A DNA stretch of 64,000 nucleotides from assembly GCA_964019425.1 (NCBI GenBank), contig OZ025792.1, forward strand, positions 496,001 through 560,000, read 5' to 3'. Within the stretch, counting starts at the first letter, position 1, and each line of letters starts with the position of its first letter. The notes under the pieces were generated by a model that was not told where the DNA came from, made no database searches, and worked only from the letters and a program-made list of their open reading frames with translations. Below are positions 44,270 to 57,527 of this stretch, in pieces. Origin of the DNA: Flectonema sp. DT1601. Lineage: Eukaryota. The translations under genes and the position numbers were made by a program.

Positions 44270-46759
44270 TCTGTAGTATACTTTGTAGTGGTGAGTCTGA
44301 GATGAAATATAATAATAACTTCCAGAAGGAATGGCTTAAATAGAATGTGGTCGTGTTGTAGATTGATGCAGATTCCAAGTTATTGGGAGCGGGGGAAAAA
44401 AAAATATGATAAATTTCTCACACGTATTTAAAGGAGCTGAAATTGAGTTCCCACCTGCAGCTTCAACCGCCACCCGAGGTCAGGTTACTTGTGATCTCTC
44501 AGGTGGGGAAAGGCAGAACTTTTTTCTTTTTTTCTTTTTTTTTCGAATAAGGCTCTTGCTGGTTGCGCTGTCTCGGTCCAGTAACAGAATGGACTGATAA
44601 CCAACAGAAAGAATCAAACTACTCTCACTTAATCTACTTTCACTGGTGTTGCTACGAAGCAACTGACAAAGGATTCTGTACCAAGGCAAGGGCACATATC
44701 AATTAATGAAAACGACACCAATTCAAAAGTTGCATAATAAGAATTGCTTTGCGGACAGCGAGTCACACAACTGCCGTAGTCGCCACAGTAACGGTTAAAG
44801 AGGGTTAAAATCGTATTTTTTTTTGTACTTATAAACCCATTATTCGGTAGAAAGAGAATTGTGGTTAGATACACTGCTTTCCTTGATTAGGATTTTGTAA
44901 CGGTTGCGCACGAACAAAACAAAAGTGTGAGTAAGAAAACAAAAAGTGAAGTTTGTCGATTCTTTTTTTTTTTCCCCAAAAAAAACGAAAGCTGCCATGC
45001 AAAACCTTTTAAAAAGTACGTTAATATTTTCAAAAAAAAAAAAAAAAAAAAAAAAAAGAAGAGGGTAGCAGTTGCATAATAATAATTGACCAACGTAATG
45101 GTACGAAGAAAGCCTTCCCAAACTGAAAGCCTGCAAATTCGGAAAATAAAATTAAAAAAGAAACAGACAGAAATTGTAAGCTGCAAAGACCACAAATAAA
45201 AAGCCGGATCGATATCAGTAAAAGCACAGCCGTTCTTGTGATTCATTCGAGTTGTTGACTGTAACGCTTTCAAGGATAGGAGGGAAAGGTTCACTTGAGG
45301 AACAATAGTGACATAGGAAAAGGAAGATGGGGGTTTTAACAAAAAACAACAGCAAAAAAAAAGGGGGGAAACAAGAAATTTATAGCATTAATTTTCCCAC
45401 AACGAACATGTGACCAACTCAACCACCGAAGAAATTAACCACCATGTTTTTTTGTTTCTGCTTTTCGTTTTTTTTTTTTTTTTTTTTTTTTTTCCCAGTG
45501 AAAATAAAATGGAAACCCCATTAGTCAGTTAGTGAGCCCGATATACTTTCGAGTACCAGTTTTAATAGGACTTAACCACCTGTGAGTCTTTCAGTAATTA
45601 TTTTTTTAGCTTCAGCATTCATCTCTCAGAACTCTTAGTACACACAAATGCGAAATAATAATTTCTCTTTCTTCTGACTCTGATCGTTGTCTTGACGTGA
45701 AGCAACAGGGAAAACTCGGGGAGCTGGAATATTTTTAATTGCCATATCAACTATCTGTTTAATTTATCTTACACAACAAAGTGTCAAAACAGAAGTAGAA
45801 AGAGACTCTTCACAAAGTAAAATACAAAGAAGAGTTCTACATCTGCTTGTCGTTAAGGGCGTGTTCGGTAAATAACATGGAATGAATAAAAAAAAAAAAA
45901 AAAAAAGAATAGAAAAAAAATAATAATAAAAAAGCAATCTTGTATTTTTTTTTTTGTGTGTGCATTGAAACATGCGCATCGACGAAAGAAACATCTTTTT
46001 GCCTCACATACAAGAAAGGCTTTAGTGAATGAAAGAAGTGATGGGAAAAAAAAAAAAAAAAAAAAAAATTGTATTCGCCAGTTCAAATAGTCGTTTGTTC
46101 TGCAGCAATATTATTTGATTTGATGAAATACAAAAACAAAAAGAGAGAGATGGAATGGTGGTAACTAACATTAATATGAATACTCACCACCTCAAATAAC
46201 CTAGAGAATCTGATGGTTTATTCTACATTCAAATTCATTTCAGACTCATACAGGTACACATCTGTCATTAAGACTCCTCAACAAAGTTAGTAAACACAAA
46301 AACAGGTTCAAATTAATTAACATGTCCAGTGTTGAACAAATATAAAAAAAGAAATGAAATAAAATAAAAATTGCAACGTTGTTAGTACGTTACGTGACTG
46401 ACGTAAAACTTGTTATGAAGGTGCGCTGTCTTCTTTTTGTTAGAAGATTCACACTTCCTTACCTTAGACGTGCAATTATTTTTCAAGTGTTAAAAAAAAA
46501 AAAAAGATAGACATTTTTGCTCAAACTACCAAAAGAAATACTACGATGCGGAGGTTTGTTTTTCATTATTCTTAAAAATTGAAGCGCCCTAAAGAAATGT
46601 CGAAAACATTTATATTTTTTTTATATCAAGGGTTACTAAGTATCTTCTGAATGGGCTTCCTACTATTATTTTATTTTCAATGAGAGTACCCTCAATGAAC
46701 AACTATTTGAGTAACAAAAAGTGACTACTACACTTCCTAAGTTCTACTACACTACAATA

Positions 46760-49700
46760 CTACACATTACCATCTGTAACTAGATCATCATTAATCAAAT
46801 CATCATTGACGGAACATTTGTCGTAGTCGTGAGTGTTTAATATTAATTCATCCTCAATATCGAGGCCTTCATGCATTTCTAGATTGTCTACGTAGTTTTC
46901 ATATGGACGTCTTCTCTTAAGGTACAGAACTACTAGACCTCCTATCAGACAGGTTCCACCAATCGAAGCGATCAGGATCCAAATCCAACTTTTACTACTA
47001 CTGCTGCTTGGTGAAGGTGTTTCAGTACCAGGAGCGCTCTTTGTTTGAATCAAGTTGTTCATTGGGTCGGATAATATCAAACTGTATCCCTCTAAGTTTT
47101 TCTGAAACACTCCGTTTGGTTTTCGTCCGCTTCCAGCTTTGACTTGTGCGTCGATCTCTTTTTGAATCTGATCAACAATCTCAATAGAACCCGTCAGATA
47201 ATAATCAATATGCGCTCCGTCTTTTGAATTGACTGCCTCGTTCATCGTCTCTGAGAGTACCGCAACACTGCGGGAAGTAGTATCTGAAGCATTCTTTACG
47301 ACATCCGGAATAGCGCTGTCGGTATTCCATTCTAACAGCGCATTAGTACCCCAGGATGGTAATCGACTTGTAGAAGGAACTTCATTACCAGACATCAATG
47401 CTCCGATGTAATTAACTTCGAGTACCGACGGGGAACTCTGAAGGGTCTTTGACGCTGCGAGAAGTGACATCCGAAACTTGCGAACCATTCGCTTTGGATT
47501 TCTTGAAAATACATTCCAATCCTCGCGGAACGTGAATCGAAACGTCTTTCTTTCCCCGCCAGGTGGAACTGGTGGGAAGAGTGACGAGGCATCACAGTGC
47601 AGTCCACTTCCTTTGCAACAATCGTCCATTTGAACCTGCGTCAGCAGAACCTTAGCAGCAGTGCAGTCAACAGGACAACCAACATCCTTTTCGAGACAAC
47701 AGAACTGCTTTCGGGGTTCACTCCAATGAAATGCAGCTGAGGTGTTGAAGCAGTCGAAATCCTGAGTGTTTGACTTACAACTGACACCATCATATAAACA
47801 GCAGTATTCTCTTTGGTTAGCTGACCACTTGTCTCGAATGTCTTTGTTCTGTTGACACTTGAACCGACAAGAGAGTCTTTTATTGGCGCAGCACCACCTT
47901 TGCTCGTCTGCAGGAAGAGATCCAGGATCAGCGCCGTTGCAAGTGAAAGGCTCTTTTGGGGGACATCTAACTCCGTTGTGCGCACAGCACCAGTTTTTTT
48001 GGACGTCGCTCCACGGAGCAGTAGTCTTGTTGTTCCAAGTACAGTCAAATCCATTAGATGGGGTGCAGCTCTTACCAAACTCTCTGCAGCAGTACTCTGA
48101 TTGCTTAGAGCTCCATGTTGAGTTACTACCCGTACAGTCGAATCCAATAACAGGACATCCAATGGATCTTGGAGATGAGCAACACCATACCTTCTTCTCG
48201 TGTGTCCATTTCTCTACGTCGTTTGTATCAAAACAATCGAACTTAACACCAGGTTGGTTTTTACAACCTCTGCTGAACTCCTTACAGCAGTAAGTCCTTT
48301 GATCAGCTGACCATTCTTCAACTGGTTCATCAGACGTACAATCATAAGACTCGCATCCAACTCCTTCAACAGAACAACAGGTCTTCTTTTCTTCACGTGT
48401 TAGGTTAGTGGCGTTGCAGTTCAACGAGAACGTCTCACAGGTTGGACGGCAGTCGTGACCGAATGTCTTCTCTCCAGTCTGGCTATCACAGGACCCGGAA
48501 ACAGTGCAACCCGTGCACTTCATTCCATTTGAACATTTTTTATTCACATCACAAAATTCAACTCCAGCTGGCGGCCATGAGAAATCAGCGCATTTATCTT
48601 TCACACAAAGACCATCAGGACCACATACTGTTCCATTCTTCTTACAAATAGCATCACAAGGTTCTGGTTTTGGTTGCTTACACATTGGATAACTTTCAGA
48701 GTTAACTACGCACAATGCAGGTGGTATGCAATCATCAAGATTTAACTTGCGTCTCGCTAAAGTACAGCTACTGATTTCTTGACATGTAGCAGTTCCCTTC
48801 GAATTGATAGAACACTTTTGTGTTGCCGTACACTTTTCACACGGGTCAGTTACTACCTTTTCACATACAGCAGTGCTGTTTTCGTTGAGTACACAAACTT
48901 CTTGAGGAGCGCAAGACGTATTCTGTTTGATTGTTTTATTTATAAAAAACTGAACCAATAGACAATAATACCAATACCTATAAACTGAATTATCCCAAAT
49001 ACCAATAACTTCATACCTTACACGGATCATTTGGAACAGTTTCACAAACAGGTCCGTTTGTTGTTTGTTTGCAGTGTTGTCCAGAAGGGCATTGTATGAA
49101 GCCGCAACCAGTGGCAACGCACTTTGCGGTATCATTTGCGGTAATACAAATTTCGCCTGCTGGGCAATCAGTGTCAGAGTTACACGAACGATGAGCAGGA
49201 GCAGAAGTTGGAGCAATAGTTGACGGAACTGGGGTTGGTTCTGATGGTTTTGATGTTGGTGACGGTGATGATGTTGGTGGTGATGATGTTGGTGGTGATG
49301 ATGTTGGTGGTGATGATGTTGGTGACGGTGATGATGTCGGTGACGGTGATGATGTTGGTGACGGTGATGATGTTGGTGGTGATGATGTTGGTGGTGATGA
49401 TGTTGGTGGTGATGATGTCGGTGACGGTGATGATGTTGGTGGTGATGATGTTGGTGACGGTGATGATGTCGGTGACGGTGATGATGTTGGTGGTGATGAT
49501 GTTGGGGACGGTGATGATGTCGGTGCTCCAGTTGGAGATTTTGTGTGGGTCGAATTCACACATGACGGAGGTGAAGTATCGTAATTACAAGTCTGACTGT
49601 TTGGTAAACAAGTTTCAAATCCACAAAGGGTTCCCGTTGAGTTCCCTTCCAAACACACATACGACTTCCCAATCTTTTTACATACTTCAGTGTTTGTACA

Positions 49701-52700
49701 AACAATAGCACCACACTGGTTACCTGGAAGCACACATTGGTAAGTGTTGTTTACCAAATCACAAGTTTCATTCCCGAAACATACTTGAGGTCCACACACA
49801 ATACCCGTAGAGTTGGCTGGCAGGCAAAGGAAGTCACCGTTGACGGACTCACAAACCTCATGTGCAAGACAAATAGATTTACCACAAGCAGCACCTGGAA
49901 GTACACATTGGAAGGTGTTGTTGATGTACTCGCAAACCTCACCCACGTAGCAGGTCTGAGTTCCACAAACTGTCTGTGACGAGTTGACAGGAACACAGTG
50001 AAAGTCATTGTTGACGTACTCACACGCTTCGTGTTGCGGAATACAAGTTGTATTACCACAAATAGTACCAGGGATTACACACTGATAAAATCCATTCAGG
50101 TATTCACATACTTCATTCATATTGCAAGAATTCGTGCCACAAATTAAACCAGAAGAGTTTGTTGGTACACAAATGAAACTACCATTGCGGTATTCACAAA
50201 GCTCCTCTGAAAGACACTGCACAGCGCCACAAGCAGGTCCTGGAATAACACATTGCAATGTGTTGTTGACATATTCACAGACCTCATTAGAAAGACAAGT
50301 CTGATTACCACAGAGAGTTCCCGTTGTATTACCAGGAATACACGTGTAGAATCCGTTAATGTACTCACACACTTCGTCTTTGTGACAGACAGAAGTTCCG
50401 CAGATTGGACCAGGAAGTACACATTGATAAGTGTTGTTTACGAAATCACAAATTTCGTGTGCCAGACAAGCCCGAGATCCACACACCATACCTGTAGAGT
50501 TGGCTGGCAGGCAAAGGAAGTCACCGTTGATGAATTCACAAACCTCATGTGTAAGACAAATAGATTTACCACAAGTAGCACCTGGAAGTACACATTGGAA
50601 GGTGTTGTTGATGTACTCGCAAACCTCACCCATGTAGCAGGTCTGAGTTCCACAAACTGTCTGTGACGAGTTGACAGGAACACAGCGAAAGTCATTGTTG
50701 ACGTACTCACACACTTCGTATTGTGGAAAACAAGTTGTATTACCACAAATAGTACCAGGGATTACACACTGATAAAATCCATTCAGGTATTCACATACTT
50801 CATTCATATTGCAAGAATTCGTGCCACAAATTAAACCAGAAGAGTTTGTTGGTACACAAATGAAACTACCATTGCGGTATTCACAAAGCTCCTCTGAAAG
50901 ACACTGCACAGCACCACAAGCAGGTCCCGGAATAACACATTGCAATGTGTTGTTGACATATTCACAGACCTCATTAGAAAGACAAGTCTGATTACCACAG
51001 AGAGTTCCCGTTGTATTACCAGGAATACACGTGTAGAATCCGTTAATGTACTCACACACTTCGTCTTTGCGACAGACAGAAGTTCCGCAGATTGGACCAG
51101 GAAGTACACATTGATAAGTGTTGTTTACGAAATCACAAATTTCGTGTGCCAGACAAGCCCGAGATCCACACACCATACCTGTAGAGTTGGCTGGCAGGCA
51201 AAGGAAGTCACCGTTGATGAATTCACAAACCTCATGTGTAAGACAAATAGATTTACCACAAGTAGCACCTGGAAGTACACATTGGAAGGTGTTGTTGATG
51301 TACTCGCAAACCTCACCCATGTAGCAGGTCTGAGTTCCACAAACTGTCTGTGACGAGTTGACAGGAACACAGCGAAAGTCATTGTTGACGTACTCACACA
51401 CTTCGTATTGTGGAAAACAAGTTGTATTACCACAAATAGTACCAGGGATTACACACTGATAAAATCCATTCAGGTATTCACATACTTCATTCATATTGCA
51501 AGAATTCGTGCCACAAATTAAACCAGAAGAGTTTGTTGGTACACAAATGAAACTACCATTGCGGTATTCACAAAGCTCCTCTGAAAGACACTGCACAGCA
51601 CCACAAGCAGGTCCTGGAATAACACATTGCAATGTGTTGTTGACATATTCACAGACCTCATTAGAAAGACAAGTCTGATTACCACAGAGAGTTCCCGTTG
51701 TATTACCAGGAATACACGTGTAGAATCCGTTAATGTACTCACACACTTCGTCTTTGCGACAGACAGAAGTTCCGCAGATTGGACCAGGAAGTACACATTG
51801 ATAAGTGTTGTTTACGAAATCACAAATTTCGTGTGCCAGACAAGCCCGAGATCCACACACCATACCTGTAGAGTTGGCTGGCAGGCAAAGGAAGTCACCG
51901 TTGATGAATTCACAAACCTCATGTGTAAGACAAATAGATTTACCACAAGTAGCACCTGGAAGTACACATTGGAAGGTGTTGTTGATGTACTCGCAAACCT
52001 CACCCATGTAGCAGGTCTGAGTTCCACAAACTGTCTGTGACGAGTTGACAGGAACACAGCGAAAGTCATTGTTAACGTACTCACACACTTCGTATTGTGG
52101 AAAACAAGTTGTATTACCACAAATAGTACCAGGGATTACACACTGATAAAATCCATTCAGGTATTCACATACTTCATTCATATTGCAAGAATTCGTGCCA
52201 CAAATTAAACCAGAAGAGTTTGTTGGTACACAAATGAAACTACCATTGCGGTATTCACAAAGCTCCTCTGAAAGACACTGCACAGCACCACAAGCAGGTC
52301 CTGGAATAACACATTGCAATGTGTTGTTGACATATTCACAGACCTCATTAGAAAGACAAGTCTGATTACCACAGAGAGTTCCCGTTGTATTACCAGGAAT
52401 ACACGTGTAGAATCCGTTAATGTACTCACACACTTCGTCTTTGTGACAGACAGAAGTTCCGCAGATTGGACCAGGAAGTACACATTGATAAGTGTTGTTT
52501 ACGAAATCACAAATTTCGTGTGCCAGACAAGCCCGAGATCCACACACCATACCTGTAGAGTTGGCTGGCAGGCAAAGGAAGTCACCGTTGATGAATTCAC
52601 AAACCTCATGTGTAAGACAAATAGATTTACCACAAGTAGCACCTGGAAGTACACATTGGAAGGTGTTGTTGATGTACTCGCAAACCTCACCCACGTAGCA

Positions 52701-54728
52701 GGTCTGAGTTCCACAAACTGTCTGTGACGAGTTGACAGGAACACAGCGAAAGTCATTGTTGACGTACTCACACACTTCGTATTGTGGAAAACAAGTTGTA
52801 TTACCACAAATAGTACCAGGGATTACACACTGATAAAATCCATTCAGGTATTCACATACTTCATTCATATTGCAAGAATTCGTGCCACAAATTAAACCAG
52901 AAGAGTTTGTTGGTACACAAATGAAACTACCATTGCGGTATTCACAAAGCTCCTCTGAAAGACACTGCACAGCACCACAAGCAGGTCCCGGAATAACACA
53001 TTGCAATGTGTTGTTGACATATTCACAGACCTCATTAGAAAGACAAGTCTGATTACCACAGAGAGTTCCCGTTGTATTACCAGGAATACACGTGTAGAAT
53101 CCGTTAATGTACTCACACACTTCGTCTTTGCGACAGACAGAAGTTCCGCAGATTGGACCAGGAAGTACACATTGATAAGTGTTGTTTACGAAATCACAAA
53201 TTTCGTGTGCCAGACAAGCCCGAGATCCACACACCATACCTGTAGAGTTGGCTGGCAGGCAAAGGAAGTCACCGTTGATGAATTCACAAACCTCATGTGT
53301 AAGACAAATAGATTTACCACAAGCAGCACCTGGAAGTACACATTGGAAGGTGTTGTTGATGTACTCGCAAACCTCACCCATGTAGCAGGTCTGAGTTCCA
53401 CAAACTGTCTGTGACGAGTTGACAGGAACACAGCGAAAGTCATTGTTGACGTACTCACACACTTCGTATTGTGGAAAACAAGTTGTATTACCACAAATAG
53501 TACCAGGGATTACACACTGATAAAACCCATTCAGGTATTCACATACTTCATTCATATTACAAGAATTCGTGCCACAAATTAAACCAGAAGAGTTTGTTGG
53601 TACACAAATGAAACTACCATTGCGGTATTCACAAAGCTCCTCTGAAAGACACTGCACAGCACCACAAGCAGGTCCTGGAATAACACATTGCAATGTGTTG
53701 TTGACATATTCACAGACCTCATTAGAAAGACAAGTCTGATTACCACAGAGAGTTCCCGTTGTATTACCAGGAATACACGTGTAGAATCCGTTAATGTACT
53801 CACACACTTCGTCTTTGTGACAGACAGAAGTTCCGCAGATTGGACCAGGAAGTACACATTGATAAGTGTTGTTTACGAAATCACAAATTTCGTGTGCCAG
53901 ACAAGCCCGAGATCCACACACCATACCTGTAGAGTTGGCTGGCAGGCAAAGGAAGTCACCGTTGATGAATTCACAAACCTCATGTGTAAGACAAATAGAT
54001 TTACCACAAGTAGCACCTGGAAGTACACATTGGAAGGTGTTGTTGATGTACTCGCAAACCTCACCCATGTAGCAGGTCTGAGTTCCACAAACTGTCTGTG
54101 ACGAGTTGACAGGAACACAGCGAAAGTCATTGTTAACGTACTCACACACTTCGTATTGTGGAAAACAAGTTGTATTACCACAAATAGTACCAGGGATTAC
54201 ACACTGGTAGGTGTTGTTGATAAACTCACATGCCTCAAACAGAGAGCAAGTAGCGTTCCCACAGCTTGGTTTCGGAAGACAAGTGTGACCCCCTTGGCAG
54301 TCTTCTGTTTGCGAGTTGCATACTTGCTGACCACATTGGGAACCACAAGCCCAGGATCCGTTGAAGTTGGAACAAGTTTCATTTGAGTTGCAAACTCTGC
54401 TTCCGCATGACTTTGTTGGATCATGGACACACGTAGTGGTAGCAGCAGTAAGATTTTGATAGCAATATTGATCAGGTGCACATCGTTGACTTGCGAATTG
54501 ACAAGTCTCCATACAAGTCTCACCAAAAGCAGTATTTTTGCACTCCGTGTGCGCAGGACAGGAATCACACACAGATGCTACTGGTACCGCAGTGAGGGCA
54601 TCAGGAACACATCTGAAAAACCCGCCAAGCTCCTGGCATCTGGTGCCTGCCTCACACGGAGGAGTACACTGAGAAGATGCTAAGCCACATGTGACTAACA
54701 ACAGGAATACTCTAACTTTATTATCCAT
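46760..54728 (-). CDS. Giant Cys-rich type I membrane (surface) glycoprotein, ~2624 aa; 2 exons (54728-49017, 48922-46760)
   Basis: Signal peptide, 4-Cys modules, S/P/T stalk, W-x6-CC repeats, TM WIWILIASIGGTCLIGGLVVLYL-KRRR. A 94-nt phase-0 intron (48923-49016, GTATGA...CAAACAG) joins DPCK|NTSC. Confidence 0.88.
49255..49525 (-). repeat. 15/18-bp coding minisatellite (PTSSP/PTSSPS mucin-like stalk)
   Basis: Alternating ggtgatgatgttggt and ggtgatgatgt[tc]ggtgac units. Confidence 0.9.
49730..54205 (-). repeat. Coding 687-bp (229-aa) tandem repeat, ~6.5 near-identical copies
   Basis: Identical shadow ORFs recur at 50122, 50809, 51496, 52183 and 52870 (period 687). Confidence 0.97.
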
Positions 54729-55104
54729 TTGTGCAATCTGAATGATTAATTAGATGTTTAATATCAACTTCGAAGATCTAAAAGGAAATTAAGTCGGATT
54801 GAGCTACAGCCTGCAGTCCTACACCTGAATCAAAAATACATATGAGAACGCGACCCTACCAACAAATAGATGTCAAGAAAAATAAATACCTACTTTATTT
54901 ATGTCGGTGTGGTAGACACACAAAAAAGATACCACAGTAGACGGTAAAGTGGCTTGCATACAAAAAGTAAAATAATAATACAGATTAGAATTAGCAAAGC
55001 AAGAAGGGAGGAATAATGAATTAACAGCGCGGTAGGCACAGCGCTGTTGGTGAAGGTAGAATTTCCCTCACTCAGTGTAAGTTCTTTCCTTAAAATATGC
55101 GTAT

Positions 55105-55914
55105 CTATTCCCAAGTGCTTGACACTACAGACCACATATAAAAGTCTCTATCAGATGTTAGGATACGAGGTTTATTACCAAATCGATTATTTGGTACGGG
55201 ACGTGGAGATTCGGCATCCGGATCTGAAGTATCAGAAAGCATATCCGACTGGTCATCTTCACTCGACGGTTTTGAAGCTTCCCTGCGGGACACAGAATCA
55301 TTAGTACTCTTTCTGTCGTTATTACAACAAACAGTAGCCTTTCTATTCCTCCTCTCCTTCATTATCAGGATCTGACGCTGAAGTTCATCAGCAGTGGGAG
55401 CCAAAACGGCAGGCGAGATGTGTGCTGTTTTCTTACTTACGTTCTCTCTCCTCCCAATTGGATTCTTATCTGACGTTGTTACATTTTTTAGTACTCGTGG
55501 CAATGCAACATGGAAACCTCCGGGTGGAAGTGGCGGAGGTGGAGGAGGGGCGCTATTCTTTCCGACTAGTGGTGGAGGGGGAGGCCCATTCTTTCTGGTT
55601 GGTGGTGGTGGTGGCGGAGGAGGAGGCGGCACCCCAGCAATTTTAATTGCAGCTGGAGGAACAACCACATCCTCTTTTAAAGCTTCCTGCAGAAGTAAAT
55701 TATTCTTTCCCGCAACGTCATTCTGCGTGGCATCCTTATCGCAGTTTTTTATCATCCGCCTCTTAGCTTTTGGCGCATCCTTCAGTGCGACAGTCGCTTG
55801 ATTGGCAACCACCGTAGTATCAAAAATAGAATCAACTTTTTGCACCACCGTCGATGCAGGTCGGACTGCTTTTGCCGACTCCGCGTTTTTTTCACTACTA
55901 CTTGTACAACCCAT
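55105..55914 (-). CDS. Dually acylated (MGC) polyproline protein
   Basis: N-terminal MGCTSS myristoylation/palmitoylation-type motif and three polyproline runs. Confidence 0.7.
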   Translation of the reverse strand: MGCTSSSEKNAESAKAVRPASTVVQKVDSIFDTTVVANQATVALKDAPKAKRRMIKNCDKDATQNDVAGKNNLLLQEALKEDVVVPPAAIKIAGVPPPPPPPPPPTRKNGPPPPPLVGKNSAPPPPPPLPPGGFHVALPRVLKNVTTSDKNPIGRRENVSKKTAHISPAVLAPTADELQRQILIMKERRNRKATVCCNNDRKSTNDSVSRREASKPSSEDDQSDMLSDTSDPDAESPRPVPNNRFGNKPRILTSDRDFYMWSVVSSTWE

Positions 55915-56200
55915 TTAGCTGTGTGTTAGGTAGAATACCTGACGAAAAATGGATACTTGTTTCTAGACTTTAAAGACAATAACGGGATAGATAAGAAGTA
56001 TTGAAAGCTTCCTATGTAATATGATTGAGAATACAAATAATTAACAAAGAAAAAAACGTGCCGTTGTAAGCACGACCATAATGCAAAAAAGAAAAACTAA
56101 TAAAAAGAACCGTCAGTTATGTTTTATATATTGGAATCACTACATTAGTGTGATTAAAGAAATTGTTTTTGTTTTTTTTATAATAATTAATTTTTGACAC

Positions 56201-57265
56201 CTATACTGCTGTGTCTTCATTTTGAATTTTACCAATCAAGCTTTCTGGTGCCCTTGAAGATAATACAGAGAACAGATTTAGCAGAATTCCCTTCTTTACT
56301 CCTCGTGGCTTTTTTTTTCGTAGGTTCTCCTTTGTGGTCAGTCCACTTGATAAATTCCAACACAACGATAATATTAATACAGAAAGTCCAAAGAGAAGGA
56401 AACACATCCAAAAACGAAGTGCATAAGAAGAACTTGGATTGCGGATCGTGTTCATGAAACCACACAGCGACGCTAAGAAAACTGATATACAAAACAGAAC
56501 AAATAAACGAAAATTACGTTCACCAATACAAGCACCGATAATGTAGCAATGATGGTCAAATTTATGAATACAAACATCACACTGGCGGCAATGCGAAGCC
56601 CTTTCAGGTATGTGAATACAGCACGTTTTGCACCATTTCTGAACTCGCTCACCATGTTCATCAACAGTTTTTAAATCCCTACCCGTCTCACCGGGTCTAC
56701 GAGGTATGATCCCAGGTTCAGTAATGAGAGTTCCAATAAGAAATATCAGTGACAGGGAAGAGAATAATACAAGTAGTCCATCTAAAGACGTTAACATGTC
56801 TTTCTCTCTCAAGACACACCATTTAGTGGTCATAATTATTAGAAGGGCGCAAAACAATCCCATTGCTGATGTTGGCGGGAGTGTCACTGGGATTCTCTTT
56901 GGGTAATACTTGTAATTTCCGTATTTTACTGGTGTTCCTAACAGCAGCTGCTCAACAACAGAAGTTAAGCTAACAATCCATTGTGTGTATTGCATGATGT
57001 CTCTTGCTAGGTAGAGTGCCTGTTCTCTTTCAGACATATTTGTGAACTCCGACATCGTTTGGTCAACAATCGCCTGCATTTGAATTTGTGCCGCTGGAGG
57101 AGGGCATGGCTCAGCTGATTCGGTTGCCGTTCTGTCAGAACAAAATCCACAAATAACAAAATCGTACCCCCTCCACGGAAATAGTACATCTTCTCCACAC
57201 TTGCACTTCACTTTTAACCACTCATTGGGTTCTCTATTTGTATTGGAAAGGGTTTCATTCTTCAT
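56201..57265 (-). CDS. DHHC palmitoyltransferase
   Basis: TEPG, WCKTC..P.RASHCRQCDVCIHKFDHHC..IGACIGERN, TTKE motif, TM helices. Confidence 0.93.
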   Translation of the reverse strand: MKNETLSNTNREPNEWLKVKCKCGEDVLFPWRGYDFVICGFCSDRTATESAEPCPPPAAQIQMQAIVDQTMSEFTNMSEREQALYLARDIMQYTQWIVSLTSVVEQLLLGTPVKYGNYKYYPKRIPVTLPPTSAMGLFCALLIIMTTKWCVLREKDMLTSLDGLLVLFSSLSLIFLIGTLITEPGIIPRRPGETGRDLKTVDEHGERVQKWCKTCCIHIPERASHCRQCDVCIHKFDHHCYIIGACIGERNFRLFVLFCISVFLASLCGFMNTIRNPSSSYALRFWMCFLLFGLSVLILSLCWNLSSGLTTKENLRKKKPRGVKKGILLNLFSVLSSRAPESLIGKIQNEDTAV

Positions 57266-57527
57266 TACTGTTAAGGGAAATGGTTTGATGAATAGTTGAT
57301 CTTACAAATGTATATATCGGGTTGGCTAGGCTTGTGGCTATGCCATGATTAGGCATATAAAAAGTAAAAAGAAAGTAAACGAAAACTTGAGCAGCTATTG
57401 TAATTAAGAATTCCAATTTGCGGTAGCGCGGAAGCGATGTCCGCATCGGTGAACTTCGCTTCGGTGTTACTTGAGATAAGATTCTCGAACTGTTGGAAAA
57501 CAGTGAGTCTTTCCCAGTCAAAACTAA

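Noticed and set aside
44840..46086. Hydrophobic F/K-rich ORFs in intergenic DNA (also near 700-1800, 22100-22850 and 43391-43726)
   Set aside because: Poly-F and poly-K derive from homopolymer runs; no domain signal.
49180..54386. Many recurring small ORFs on both strands
   Set aside because: Alternate-frame or antisense products of the 687-bp and S/P/T repeats.
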